The translations under genes were made by a program, and so were the position numbers. Shown here in pieces: positions 51,299 through 61,871 of a DNA stretch of 64,000 bases; within the stretch, counting starts at the first letter, position 1; each line of letters opens with the position of its first letter. The stretch is taken from positions 288,001 through 352,000 of the forward strand of contig CAXWPJ010000002.1 in assembly GCA_963664115.2 (NCBI GenBank), read 5' to 3'. The notes under the pieces were generated by a model. That model worked only from the letters and a program-made list of their open reading frames with translations, was not told the DNA's origin and searched no databases. This DNA comes from Terriglobia bacterium (GTDB taxonomy: Bacteria; Acidobacteriota; Terriglobia; 20CM-2-55-15).

Positions 51299-52813
51299 TC
51301 ACTGCGCGTCGCTCATGAACTCAACGAACTGGGACATCGGAGCTGGATTCCCGTGAATACCCACGATCGTTGTCACATCCAGGTTCAAGCGCTGCAGGTT
51401 TTCATACAAAGTCCGGTTGCTGGCGTTGGGGGCTGAAGCCCGCGGATTGTAAAGGTCAGCCTGCACAACGATTTGTTCCCTCGGGAAATATGCGATCAGC
51501 ATACCCGCAGCATGGGCGAGGCCCTGGACGTTGTAGAGTTCGACCGTTCTCGTGGCATCGGCGAGGACGTACTTCTCTCGCATTGTCTCGAAAATGTAGC
51601 CCTCCGACCACTCCTCGGGTGGGTACAGCGAAAATCGGTCCGGCTGCAGGGACCACGGCCCCGCCCGCAAAATTTCCTGGTAGTACGGGCGGTTTCCTTC
51701 ATGGGTGATGACGGTCGCGCCTTCGTGGACATACGTACGGATTCCCCCAAGATGGTCCCAGTGGTGATGCGTATTTACGATGAACCGGATCGGCTTGTTA
51801 GCAACGAGCCTGTTCACTTCGGCGATCACAGCAAGCGACCGTTCTTCATTCAAAGGCGTCTCGATAAGGACCACATGGTCAAGGAACTCGATCACCACGC
51901 TGTTGTGGGAGCCTCCTCCGATCAACCACAGGCCTTCACCCAGCGACTGTGACTCCACGCGGACAGGCGCCGGGGTAGCGTTCCGTACTTCGACTGGAAC
52001 CGTAAGTGCGGCGTTCACTACGTTCACCTGAACGTCCGAAACGGTTTCCAGGCCAAAGGCATGGTCGCCGCCACTGACATTCGGCAGGTGCGCGCCGTCG
52101 TCGAAATCCTGATGCTGATGGAACCGGGGAAACTGTACACCGCCCATGTCCCGGTAATTGGTGTAGACGTTTTCGTAGTACAGGTCGCCGACGACGGGAT
52201 TGGGAATCCAGGTCTGCACCCGCTGGACCAGATTCTGAGTGTTGATCGTGCCGTTGACCCGGTATTTGCCGAACGCGACAAACGAGACTACGCTGACCCT
52301 GCCTTCATACTCATTGCGCGTGACCATCGTCGGGTTGGCGCCAGCCGCCATCGCGCCCTTGAGGAACCCCCAGGGCGTAAGAAAGATTTCGAGCCGACCG
52401 AGCTCAGCGGTGGCGGGCCGCGGAACGGGCTCTCCTTGCGCGTTCAATGTCCAGGCATAGTCGCCGCTGACCAGACTGGTGACCCGCTGTTCGGCAAGGA
52501 AAGGGAACCCGGCGCCACCGCCTTGGAGCGGATTGTCGCCTTGTTCTCGGACGTATTCCTCTCTTGAGGACATCGTATTGAAATCGATGGTCCGCGTATA
52601 GCGCGTCAGATCCACTCGCGGCCAATCCCGATCCGGAGCGAAATTCTGCCCGACCATGCCTTGCCAGCCGGTCCCGGAGTATTGTATGGACTCCATGTTT
52701 TCTATGCCCATCGCGGTCGTGGCGGTCCTCAAGACGCTTTCTACATCCTGCGCCGCCGCTAATCCTGCCATCAGAGCGGCAAGGCCCAATGACAGCCAAA
52801 TTCGCTTAACCAT
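51299..52813 (-). CDS. Exported MBL-fold metallo-hydrolase with N-terminal extension
   Basis: VNTHHHWDHLGG, AHA.GML, QADLY, GIHG. Confidence 0.85.
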   Translation of the reverse strand: MVKRIWLSLGLAALMAGLAAAQDVESVLRTATTAMGIENMESIQYSGTGWQGMVGQNFAPDRDWPRVDLTRYTRTIDFNTMSSREEYVREQGDNPLQGGGAGFPFLAEQRVTSLVSGDYAWTLNAQGEPVPRPATAELGRLEIFLTPWGFLKGAMAAGANPTMVTRNEYEGRVSVVSFVAFGKYRVNGTINTQNLVQRVQTWIPNPVVGDLYYENVYTNYRDMGGVQFPRFHQHQDFDDGAHLPNVSGGDHAFGLETVSDVQVNVVNAALTVPVEVRNATPAPVRVESQSLGEGLWLIGGGSHNSVVIEFLDHVVLIETPLNEERSLAVIAEVNRLVANKPIRFIVNTHHHWDHLGGIRTYVHEGATVITHEGNRPYYQEILRAGPWSLQPDRFSLYPPEEWSEGYIFETMREKYVLADATRTVELYNVQGLAHAAGMLIAYFPREQIVVQADLYNPRASAPNASNRTLYENLQRLNLDVTTIVGIHGNPAPMSQFVEFMSDAQ

Positions 52814-53497
52814 GATTCGTCCTCCGGTGTGACTCTGCTCACTCACACCAAGCCTTGCAGTGCTTCCAGATGCGATCCCAGGCCCGATGCCAGTTTGCAG
52901 GGACCCCGAGCTGCGAAGACAACAAAGGGGTCATTGAAGCTGAGACGGTTGTTCCGCCGAAGAGACCCGATCAAAAGGCCCGCATTCGTTAACCCAGGCC
53001 CGGGTTATCATTCAGAAGGCGTTCCACATCCGGCAACGGGGCGGAGAGCGCAATAGACAAGGTCCGACAACCGATACGCAGTCTTCCCGCCTTCATTAGG
53101 GTCACCATCGCCTGTAATTGAGTTCGATCGGTGAATCTTATCATCCTGATTAAAGTTCTGCCGGATGATTCCCAGATGATGCCCGGAGAGGGGGATGGTT
53201 AGGACCCGGTGTCGCCTGCAAACCAGTCCGGCTGGGTCGCGCTCTTCCTCTCTCCCCAGTCTAAACTTCTTGTTAAATCTGATCGTCGCAACACATAGAC
53301 CGAACACTTTACGGACAATGAAGGAAAGGCGACGTATCGATAGCTTGAGGCAGCTCGTATGTCAGGCCTTGAAACTTTGATTGCTTCTAAAATCCTCCTC
53401 TAGTATTTTTTAGCAAGTTTTTCGCGGTGCACCGTGGAAGACGCTACGGCGATAAAATCAGGACACCACCTGCCACAGAATCCCCGGAGGGACACCG

Positions 53498-54871
53498 ATG
53501 TCACGGTATACGACTCTTTCCTGCCTACTCTTGTGTTGTGTCGCGGCTTGTGCACCGGGCGGGGAAGCCCCCCAGGCGTCGGGAGATGCGATGTGGTTCG
53601 AAGGCGCCCGATTGATCGTGGGAGACGGGGGCGCACCCATCGAGAACTCGGCCTTCCTCGTCGAGGGCAATACCTTCAGTTGGGTGGGGCGACAGGGTGA
53701 GGCAGAGCCACCGGAAGGGGCGGTGCGGGTGGATCTGACCGGTAAGACAGTGATCCCGGCACTGCTCGACGCTCACCAGCACATTGGGCTCACTAACATC
53801 AAGGATGGAACGAACACCCGGGAAAATTACACGCGCGAAAACCTCGTGGAGCATCTCGAACGAACCGCCTACCACGGCGGGGCGGCCACGATGAGCCTCG
53901 GGCTCGAGTTCGACGAGTCGCTCGCGTTCGCTCAGCGGGAGCAAGTGACCCCGAACGCCGCGCGCTTCCTCACTTCGGGTCGCGGCATCGCGGCCACACC
54001 CATTGCGGGGCCGCAATCGGAACACCTCCTCGGGATTCCACGTGGCGCGATCAACGAGGAAGAAGGAAGGGCGGCCATACAGGAGCTCAACGGCTACGGC
54101 GTGGAGCTCGTGAAGATTTGGGTCGACGGTCGCAGCGGCTCGGTGCCCAAGATCGGACCTGAGGTGTACCGTGCGATCATCGACGAAGCGCACTCCCATG
54201 GAATGCGGGTGGTCGCACACGTGGGAACGACGAGCGCCCTGGCCGATGCGAAGGACCTCTTTCGGGCAGGAATAGACGGCTTCGCACATACGGTCCGCGA
54301 CCGGGACGTGGACGAGGAGTACCTGGAGTTGGTCCGGGAATACCCAGAGGTCTGGACCATTCCGAACCTTCCGGGGAACCTTCCTACAATCGACGATCTG
54401 TCCTGGCTCGGCGAAACGCTACCACCCTTCGAAATCGAAAGGTTGCGCGAGCAGATCCTCCTCGATCAGGCTTCAGGCCCCCCCGATCCAAACTCGTTGT
54501 TCCCGCTTCAGTGCCGTAACCTCGGGAAGAATCACGAGGCCGGAATGATTATCGGCATGGGAACGGATTCTGGAGGAGTGACAATTCCCTTCAGCGTCGC
54601 CTGGACCGCGCACACGGAGATGCGAGACATGGTCAGGTGCGGGCTCAGCCCGATGGAGGCGATCATGGCGGCAACGAGCGTGAACGCTGAGATCCTCGGG
54701 CAGGAGGATCTCGGGACCATAAGCGAGGGGAAAAACGCTTCGTTCGTGGTGCTCGACATGAACCCCCTGGTCGACATCAACAACACCAGGCGAATCTCAA
54801 AAGTCTATCTGCGGGGTACGGAAGTCGATCGTGAAGCGCTGCGGGCCAAGTTCATGGATGGTGTGCTGTGA
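53498..54871 (+). CDS. Amidohydrolase family lipoprotein
   Basis: Lipobox AAC; DLTGKTVIPALLDAHQH, VKIW, AH, GTDSG, GTI.EGK.A.FVVL. Confidence 0.9.
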   Translation: MSRYTTLSCLLLCCVAACAPGGEAPQASGDAMWFEGARLIVGDGGAPIENSAFLVEGNTFSWVGRQGEAEPPEGAVRVDLTGKTVIPALLDAHQHIGLTNIKDGTNTRENYTRENLVEHLERTAYHGGAATMSLGLEFDESLAFAQREQVTPNAARFLTSGRGIAATPIAGPQSEHLLGIPRGAINEEEGRAAIQELNGYGVELVKIWVDGRSGSVPKIGPEVYRAIIDEAHSHGMRVVAHVGTTSALADAKDLFRAGIDGFAHTVRDRDVDEEYLELVREYPEVWTIPNLPGNLPTIDDLSWLGETLPPFEIERLREQILLDQASGPPDPNSLFPLQCRNLGKNHEAGMIIGMGTDSGGVTIPFSVAWTAHTEMRDMVRCGLSPMEAIMAATSVNAEILGQEDLGTISEGKNASFVVLDMNPLVDINNTRRISKVYLRGTEVDREALRAKFMDGVL

Positions 54872-54994
54872 GAGAGAGAGTAAAGACAGGAGAGTTAAGA
54901 AAAACTCCGGCACCGATCAGGTGAGGGTTGGTCGAAAAGATCTGGACCGAAACGAAAGGACTCTCACTCCCACCATGTCTGTGATCTCAAAACA

Positions 54995-56365
54995 CTAATT
55001 CCCAGTTTCACCGGACCACATCGTCCGCAGTCTCGCCCGATCAACCTGATGGCCTCTGAGGTACACGCGGTCAATGTTGCGTGAGTTGGTGATCTCGTCG
55101 AGCGGGTTTTGGTTGAGCACGATGAAATCGGCGCTCTTGCCGACGGTGATCGTCCCCAGGTCACTTTCGAGACCGAGGATCTCGGCACCATTCTTGGTCC
55201 CGGCTACGATCGCCTCGGCCGGCGTCATCCCCGCCGCAACCATGTTCTCCAACTCTGTATGCGCCGTGAAGCCGATAAAACGATCACCGCCCTGACCGCC
55301 CCCATCACTCCCGATGCCAATTCGGACCCCTGCCGTATGGAGCTTCATGATGTTGCTTGCCGTATCCTCCCACGCCTGACGCGCCCGCTCAAGCGCTTCG
55401 GGTGCAGTGTTCGCGACTCTGTCTCGAAGCCGATTGATTTGCGCGGGTGTAACCGTCTCGAGCAACAGTGGCTCAGGCGGATCGAGATACGGCGAGTAGA
55501 TCGTCCGACGCCCGACCTGCGCCAGCAGGACGCTTGCCTCGGGTCGTTCCCTGAACAACTCTAGAAGCTCGTCGTCCACCTCTGTGATCATGTGCGCAAA
55601 CACATCGATGTCCGCCCTCAGCAGGTCCTTGGCTTCCTCCAGGCCAGTGGCATGCACCGCGACCCTCATATCGTTGCTGTGCGCTTCGTCGATAATCGCC
55701 CGATACAGGTTCGGTGCCAGCGGCTCGACGTTGCCGCCACGGGGGTCCACCCAGGTCTTGACGAGTGTCACCCCACGGGAGGCCAGTTCACGAACGTTTG
55801 CGCGGGCGCCCTCTTCGGTCGTGACCACGTAGGCCGCGTGCCGCATGTTGTCTGGGCTCAATTCGCTGAGCGGCGACAGCCCCCGGCCCGCAGTGAGGAA
55901 CCGCGCCGCGTCGGGGTACTCACCCGCCAGGATTGCGTCCCTCAACTGGAACGGCATCACTCCGAAGTCGGATCCCATAGCCTGGCTCACCGCGACCCCG
56001 TGATAGGCGAACCGATACATGTGGTCCAGAATGTGTTCGCGTGTGTAGTTCTCCGGCCCGCTCGTCAGGTCCTTCATGTAACCGATGTGGGAATGTGCGT
56101 CGACCAACGCCGGTATGACCGTCTTTCCCGTCAGGTCGATCCTCACCGCACCTGCCGGGACCTGGAACTCTCCCACGCGGCCAACCTGGCCGAACCTGTC
56201 TCCTTCGATTGAAAAAACCGAGTCTTCGATGGGTGGGCTGCCGTCGCCCACGATCAGACGCGCCCCTTCGAATACGGTCACCGCTTGGGGGGTCTGGTTT
56301 GTAGTTTGAGCGGAACACGCCGCGGTGACACAGAGCCAAGCAACCAAGAGAATCCTCGAACCCAT
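54995..56365 (-). CDS. Amidohydrolase family lipoprotein (paralog of the neighbour)
   Basis: Lipobox AAC; DLTGKTVIPALVDAHSH, VKTW, GSDGG, GKSADFIVL. Confidence 0.9.
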   Translation of the reverse strand: MGSRILLVAWLCVTAACSAQTTNQTPQAVTVFEGARLIVGDGSPPIEDSVFSIEGDRFGQVGRVGEFQVPAGAVRIDLTGKTVIPALVDAHSHIGYMKDLTSGPENYTREHILDHMYRFAYHGVAVSQAMGSDFGVMPFQLRDAILAGEYPDAARFLTAGRGLSPLSELSPDNMRHAAYVVTTEEGARANVRELASRGVTLVKTWVDPRGGNVEPLAPNLYRAIIDEAHSNDMRVAVHATGLEEAKDLLRADIDVFAHMITEVDDELLELFRERPEASVLLAQVGRRTIYSPYLDPPEPLLLETVTPAQINRLRDRVANTAPEALERARQAWEDTASNIMKLHTAGVRIGIGSDGGGQGGDRFIGFTAHTELENMVAAGMTPAEAIVAGTKNGAEILGLESDLGTITVGKSADFIVLNQNPLDEITNSRNIDRVYLRGHQVDRARLRTMWSGETGN

Positions 56366-56596
56366 GTTCCCTCCTCCAGTACGCGGGCATGAGCACACCT
56401 ACCCCGGCGCCTCGATGACAGGTCGATGCCCCACCTCGCTGTGTGGGTACTCAGGGCATTATATGAGGAATGTGCGGTTTTGTCGCTGTAAGCTGCCGAC
56501 GTCGTAGAGCCTCCCCCGCGCCGCATTATCGTCCCGATTCCCAAAACCTCCGCCACGGACTTCAGAGATGCGCTGTGGGTGGCTCATGGCGAATCC

Positions 56597-57981
56597 GAGT
56601 TATTGTCAAAAGTGGTGTTTAGGAGATTGATTCAAGCGGCGGCCTGATCGACTTGTGTCGCTTCGACACCATCGTTGAATTTCACTCCGATGATTACCTT
56701 GCTCAGATCATCGAATCCTCGTAATCGTCGCCAATTGTTCTCAGCGCACTGGCCCAGTTTGAACATCATGTGCAGCATGCCATCCCGTGTCAGGCAACCT
56801 CTGGATCGCTTCGTTCGGTGTCGAATGGTGGCAAAGGTCGACTCAATGGGATTCGTCGTTCTGATGCTCTGCCAGTGCTTGGCCGGAAAGTCGTAAAAGG
56901 CCAGCAGTTCCTCTCTGTCTTTCTGCAGGCAGAGTGTGGCTTTCGGATACTTCGGTTCATAGGTTTCAATGAACAAGTCGAATGCCTTCTCGGCGTCTGC
57001 CTTCGTCTCGGCCTGCCAGATCGAGTGCAGGGCCTGTTTCGCCTTCGCCTGGACCGACTTGGGCAGGCAGTTGAGGACGTTCATGACTTTGTGCATCCAG
57101 CAACGTTGTTGACGTGTCTCGGGATAGATTTCCTCCAGTGCGGCCCAGAACCCCATCGCACCGTCACCGATGGCCAACTTCGGAACATTCATCCCACGGG
57201 ACTTCAGCTTCAACAAGACCTCGCGCCAACTCTGTGTCGATTCCCGTACACCGTCTTCGATCGCCAGGAAACGCTTCTCTCCGCGTTCATTCACGCCGAT
57301 CACGACCAATGCACACAACTTGGTTTGTTCCGCCCGAAGTCCGCTGTAGATGCCGTCGGCCCAGACATAGACCCAGCGATCTGCATCCAAACGCTCCTCG
57401 CATCCGAGGCGGTACTGTTCGCCCCAAACCTGTTTCAACCGCGATACCGTGCTCGCCGACAGACCCTGCGCCTGGGGACCGACAAGAACTTTTAGGGCCT
57501 CACCCATCTCGCCGCTGGAAACGCCTTTCAAATACAACCACGGCACCGCTGCTTCCAGCGACTTCGTCTTCCGAATGTACGGTGGTACCAGGGCCGATCG
57601 GAACGTCACAGCTTCGCCCGTCTTGGCACGGACCTTCGGGATTTGGACTGTTACCGGACCCAATCCCGTCTGCAGTTCGCGTTCCGGCAGATAACCGTTG
57701 CGTACCACCCCGGCGTTTCCTGTCTCAGTTCGCCGGCCACCGTGCTGGGATAGCAGCTCTGCCAATTCGGCTTCCACTGCGCGTTGGATCAGTTGCTGTG
57801 CCCCAACTCGTAGTAGTTCTGTTACTGGATCCTCAATCGTTTCTCGACCTTCCGGTCCATTCACGTTACTCTTGCTCACAGTGGCGTATCTCCTATGGTT
57901 GCTTTGAAGTTTTGTCACAACAAATCAACCAGATACGCCGCTCTTATTCAATCCCTCAAACACCAGATTCGGTTATAACTC
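56597..57981 (-). mobile_element. IS256-family insertion sequence with 9-bp target duplication GGCGAATCC
   Basis: IRs GAGTTAT...TGGTGTTT at both ends; GGCGAATCC at 56588-56596 and 57982-57990. Confidence 0.9.
56632..57879 (-). CDS. IS256-family transposase
   Basis: RNGY..R.LQT..G, YVWADG, AIGDGAMG, QRCW.HK, RTTNPIES; probable GTG start after GGAGA. Confidence 0.95.
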   Translation of the reverse strand: MSKSNVNGPEGRETIEDPVTELLRVGAQQLIQRAVEAELAELLSQHGGRRTETGNAGVVRNGYLPERELQTGLGPVTVQIPKVRAKTGEAVTFRSALVPPYIRKTKSLEAAVPWLYLKGVSSGEMGEALKVLVGPQAQGLSASTVSRLKQVWGEQYRLGCEERLDADRWVYVWADGIYSGLRAEQTKLCALVVIGVNERGEKRFLAIEDGVRESTQSWREVLLKLKSRGMNVPKLAIGDGAMGFWAALEEIYPETRQQRCWMHKVMNVLNCLPKSVQAKAKQALHSIWQAETKADAEKAFDLFIETYEPKYPKATLCLQKDREELLAFYDFPAKHWQSIRTTNPIESTFATIRHRTKRSRGCLTRDGMLHMMFKLGQCAENNWRRLRGFDDLSKVIIGVKFNDGVEATQVDQAAA

Positions 57982-58143
57982 GGCGAATCCGACGTGTAAT
58001 TCGTTGATATTTCAAGTCTTGTTTTCCTGAAAACGATCGCTATAATCGCCCGGTGCACGATCTGATCATCCTGCCCCTTCACTCCAGTGCGACGCGCGCC
58101 CGCTACCTGGGACCGGGCGGGCTGCGTGATGGGCAGTGCTAGC

Positions 58144-60570
58144 ATGAACGTGATGCGTCCTGCCTTGATTTGTATCTTGTTCGCCAGCGCTGCCTATGGG
58201 CAACTGACGGCACGCAATCCCGTCGACGAACTGAAAGACCAGGTGAGCGAAGCCCTGGCACTGGCCGGCGTGCCTTTCACCGCCGATCAGGAACGGCAGT
58301 TGGCCCTGCTGATTGAAGATGACCGGCAGGCTGCGGAAAACCTGTTTGGCGCAACCTGGGATTTCAGTCAGGGACCGCCTCAGGGCGAGCAGCAGGATCA
58401 GGCTCTGGCCGGCATCCGCTTTATGTATGACGAATTGCGTAGCAAGCTTCCCGCTTACATGACCGCGGTGCAGAGACGCGCCTGGGAGAACTACCAGAGT
58501 GAACAGGACGTGGCTTTTTATGAGGAGGATTCCTCAGACAACGGTGCCGGGAGCGGAAGAATTCAACAGATCCGCGTGACGAATAACGCTTTCAATGTCG
58601 AAACCGCCACCGCTAACGGAAGTCGGGGCCTGCATGAAGGCGGCGCGAGAACCGAAGTAATCGAGCGCGGCGGCGGCGGCGCCTTTCACGGCAATTTCGC
58701 GGCAACCTTCCAGGACGAGGCCCTGAACGCCCGAAATCCCTTCGCGGACAATAAACCGCCCTACTATGAACGGACCCTCAACGGCGACATCAGCGGTCCC
58801 GTCATTCAAGATCGCCTCTCACTGAACTTCGCCCTCAGGGACAACAGACGGGAAAATGTCGGCACCGTGAAGGCCGAAACACCGGACGGACCTTTTTCGC
58901 TCGGCGTCACCCGGCCCGTGTTGTTCCGGTCCTACGACACCCGGGGCGTGCTGCAGATTGCGGACGCACATTCGCTGCACATGCGTTTCCAGTACGCCAC
59001 CCACGACATCGAGAACGATAACGTGGGCAATTTCAGCCTGCCCGAACGCGCTTCCCACACTGAGACCCAAGACCATGTCGTCGATCTTCGCGCAGTCTCC
59101 ATTCTTTCCGAGCGCACCGTGCACGATCTCCACTTCATCTGGCGTAAAAATCGCAACGAGACCACGCCCCTAAGCAATGCCCTGGGGATTGTTGTCAAGG
59201 ACGCCTTCACCGGAGGGGGCTCACAGAACCGGGACCTGATCAACGGAAACGAATACGAACTGAACAACCTGATTTACTATGCCGGTCAAACTTTCACGAT
59301 GAGAAGCGGGTTTCGGGGCTGGCGCCGGAGCGAACATTCGGTTTTGGAAGACAATTTCTTTGGCGAATTCACGTTTTCGGATCTGGAAAGCTACCGGGCC
59401 AGAACACCGCTCAAGTACAGGATCAAATGCTGCGACCCCTCGTTTGACATGAGCCAGACGCACCTTGCTTTGTTCTCCCAGAACGATTTCAAACTCACGC
59501 CGACCTTCACCCTGATGCTGGGCATACGCTATTTCGTGCAAACGAACCTCGGTGACCGGAATAACGTGGACCCACGCATCGGTTTTGCATATGCGATTGG
59601 CAACTCGACGGTTATCCGCGGCGGTGCCGCTATCTTCACGCAAACGGCAAATTTCAGACAAATGAAGATTTCTAGAAGGTTGGACGGAGAACGGCTGTAC
59701 GAGATCCAGATCGACAATCCGGGTTGGCCCGACCCGTTCTCATCCGGCAGCCTCAGGCCCCGATCCCGCAACGTGATCGCGCCTGACTTGAGAAATCCGT
59801 ATTACGCGGTGACACAAGTGCAAGTGGAGCAGAGCCTGCCGCATAATCTTTTCGTGACGGTGGCTTACGACGTGAGCCGTGGGATCAAACCCCTCCGTCT
59901 CCGGGACCTCAACGCGCCGTTTCCGGAAACCGGCCTCCGACCGTTTCCTGATGAGGGTCAGATTATCCAACTCGAAAGTGGCCTGTCGACGCACCAACAT
60001 TTCAAGACCACCATGCGGCAGCGCATCAGCGTCTTCAATATCACCGCGGACTATCAATATTACCACGGCGTCAGCGATGGGCCTGGCACGGGCGGTTTTC
60101 AATCGTTGCCGGTCGATAGCCGTGACGTCCTGGGTAAGGAGTGGGGACGAACCGTCAACCCCGTGCATACCTTCAACACGAGCGTCAATTCGCGGTTGCC
60201 ACTGGACGTGTACCTGACGACGGTCATCGGGGCACGCAGCGGCAGGCGCTATACGATCACCACGGGTCGGGACGATAACGGCGATGGTGTGAGTAACGAT
60301 CGACCTGAGGGCGTCGTCAAGAACAGCGAAATCGGACCGAAGTATTTCGATATCAGCTTCAATATCTCAAAAGCCATTGAATTCAGACGCGACGGCTCGA
60401 GCGCCGCAGGCACCGGACCCAGAATGAATGTCTTCGCGAATCTCAGCAACGCCTTCAACATGACACACCTGGGAACACCCAGCGGTGTCCTGACGTCTCC
60501 TTTCTTTGGAAGATCTTTCAACGCGACGTCACCGCGGCAAATCGAGGTTGGAATGAGATTTCAGTTCTGA
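58144..60570 (+). CDS. TonB-dependent-receptor-like (Oar-type) beta-barrel with atypical helical N-terminus
   Basis: ALNARNPFA, FSQNDFKL.P.FTL.LG.RY, PRIGFAY, PRQIEVGMRFQF terminus. Confidence 0.8.
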   Translation: MNVMRPALICILFASAAYGQLTARNPVDELKDQVSEALALAGVPFTADQERQLALLIEDDRQAAENLFGATWDFSQGPPQGEQQDQALAGIRFMYDELRSKLPAYMTAVQRRAWENYQSEQDVAFYEEDSSDNGAGSGRIQQIRVTNNAFNVETATANGSRGLHEGGARTEVIERGGGGAFHGNFAATFQDEALNARNPFADNKPPYYERTLNGDISGPVIQDRLSLNFALRDNRRENVGTVKAETPDGPFSLGVTRPVLFRSYDTRGVLQIADAHSLHMRFQYATHDIENDNVGNFSLPERASHTETQDHVVDLRAVSILSERTVHDLHFIWRKNRNETTPLSNALGIVVKDAFTGGGSQNRDLINGNEYELNNLIYYAGQTFTMRSGFRGWRRSEHSVLEDNFFGEFTFSDLESYRARTPLKYRIKCCDPSFDMSQTHLALFSQNDFKLTPTFTLMLGIRYFVQTNLGDRNNVDPRIGFAYAIGNSTVIRGGAAIFTQTANFRQMKISRRLDGERLYEIQIDNPGWPDPFSSGSLRPRSRNVIAPDLRNPYYAVTQVQVEQSLPHNLFVTVAYDVSRGIKPLRLRDLNAPFPETGLRPFPDEGQIIQLESGLSTHQHFKTTMRQRISVFNITADYQYYHGVSDGPGTGGFQSLPVDSRDVLGKEWGRTVNPVHTFNTSVNSRLPLDVYLTTVIGARSGRRYTITTGRDDNGDGVSNDRPEGVVKNSEIGPKYFDISFNISKAIEFRRDGSSAAGTGPRMNVFANLSNAFNMTHLGTPSGVLTSPFFGRSFNATSPRQIEVGMRFQF

Positions 60571-60741
60571 TCGAGGTGGCGCACCCGGAACTGGATGGTT
60601 TCCCCCACCCCGACGCACATCGTCGTCGTGAATACCATCGTCACAATTGAGGTCGAAAAATCGGCACATATGACCCGTCGCGGCACGCGCGATGGCTTCA
60701 TTTGTCGCTCGGGTTCTGGCCGCCCTTCCTAACCGCTAAAG

Positions 60742-61788
60742 TCAGTTACTTGAGCGCCACGCCAACTGAGCATCCATGCATTCGGAAACCAGCGTTAGAT
60801 ACCGCCCGGTCGCTGTCTCGCTGACAAGGGTATGCGGATCGTCCGGCCCACGAAAATTCAAAGCGTGAAGCTTATCCAATGTCTTGTCCCAACTATGATG
60901 CAGCGAAAGAAAGGCGTCCGCGCCGGCACTGTCGGCAAGACTCTTAAACCGCTTGAGCGACGTGCTCCAGAGTCGCATACTTTCGATTTCAGTCGGGTAA
61001 TACTGGACTCCGTTTTGCAGCTGGGCCCCCCCGGCACCCCGGCCGCCAACCACGCTGCCCACATGCCTTTGGTTTCCGTCCTTCAGCGGTGAGACCAGAA
61101 GCGAAACGCTACCTGGAGTGTGGCCCGGGGTCACATAGAGGGTCACAGTGACATCACCCAGCGTCAGTTCCTGACCGTCCGTGATGACCATGTCTTTCCT
61201 TGGCTTGGTTTCGGCTCCTACATTCGACCTGGCGATCACATCCCAATCCGCCTCGGATATCAGGACGCGCGCTTCGTAACGGTCCTGGAGAAGTTTGGAT
61301 CCCCCGTAAAACTGAGGCTCGCCTTCATTCACGATGACATATTTGATCTGTCCCGGATCGAGACCCAGTTTCTCCAGCCCGTTCACAATCAATTCCTCAA
61401 CGTTGTAGTCGTGACCCGAATTGATCAGAATAATGCCCTCCGAGGTCGTCACCGCCCAGACATTAAAATTGTCGTCCCTGGAGCCACCGACATAGTACAG
61501 GTTGTCGAACACCTTCACCGGGTCGGTGTACCACTCGGAACGGGGCGGTATCGTTCGTGTGGCGACGGGCGCAGCGGTGGGCACGGCTGCGGGCCGGGCA
61601 GCGGCCGGATTGGGTTCGGCGCAAAGGTCAAAAGGGCTCCCGGTAAAATCGTGCCCTGGCTCGTAGGCCACAGCCCTGGCTGCGGCCACATGATCTTGAG
61701 CATCCCCGACCTGGGCGTTGGCTTCGGTCGCACCCCAACCCGTCAAAAGCAAAGCACTGCAAAATACCGATGCCAAATAGCACTTCAT
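60742..61788 (-). CDS. Exported subclass-B3-like MBL-fold protein lacking the HxHxDH motif
   Basis: PVKVFDNLYYVG, TSEGIILI, KLGLDP.QIKYV, TPGHTPG; NEGEPQF stands where HxHxDH is expected. Confidence 0.8.
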   Translation of the reverse strand: MKCYLASVFCSALLLTGWGATEANAQVGDAQDHVAAARAVAYEPGHDFTGSPFDLCAEPNPAAARPAAVPTAAPVATRTIPPRSEWYTDPVKVFDNLYYVGGSRDDNFNVWAVTTSEGIILINSGHDYNVEELIVNGLEKLGLDPGQIKYVIVNEGEPQFYGGSKLLQDRYEARVLISEADWDVIARSNVGAETKPRKDMVITDGQELTLGDVTVTLYVTPGHTPGSVSLLVSPLKDGNQRHVGSVVGGRGAGGAQLQNGVQYYPTEIESMRLWSTSLKRFKSLADSAGADAFLSLHHSWDKTLDKLHALNFRGPDDPHTLVSETATGRYLTLVSECMDAQLAWRSSN

Positions 61789-61871
61789 GGTCCGTCTCCT
61801 TTGACTGTGAATCACCGTCTGATATCGAATCGGGCACACACGATCACATCTGCATTTCGTGTCTTTCTGGA

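Noticed and set aside
53185-53258. tRNA-like sequence GGAGAGGGG...CTGCAAA...CTCTCTCCCCA (Cys or allo-tRNA?)
   Set aside because: The ends can pair, but the anticodon stem does not and there is no TTCRA T-loop; not supportable without tRNAscan or ARAGORN.
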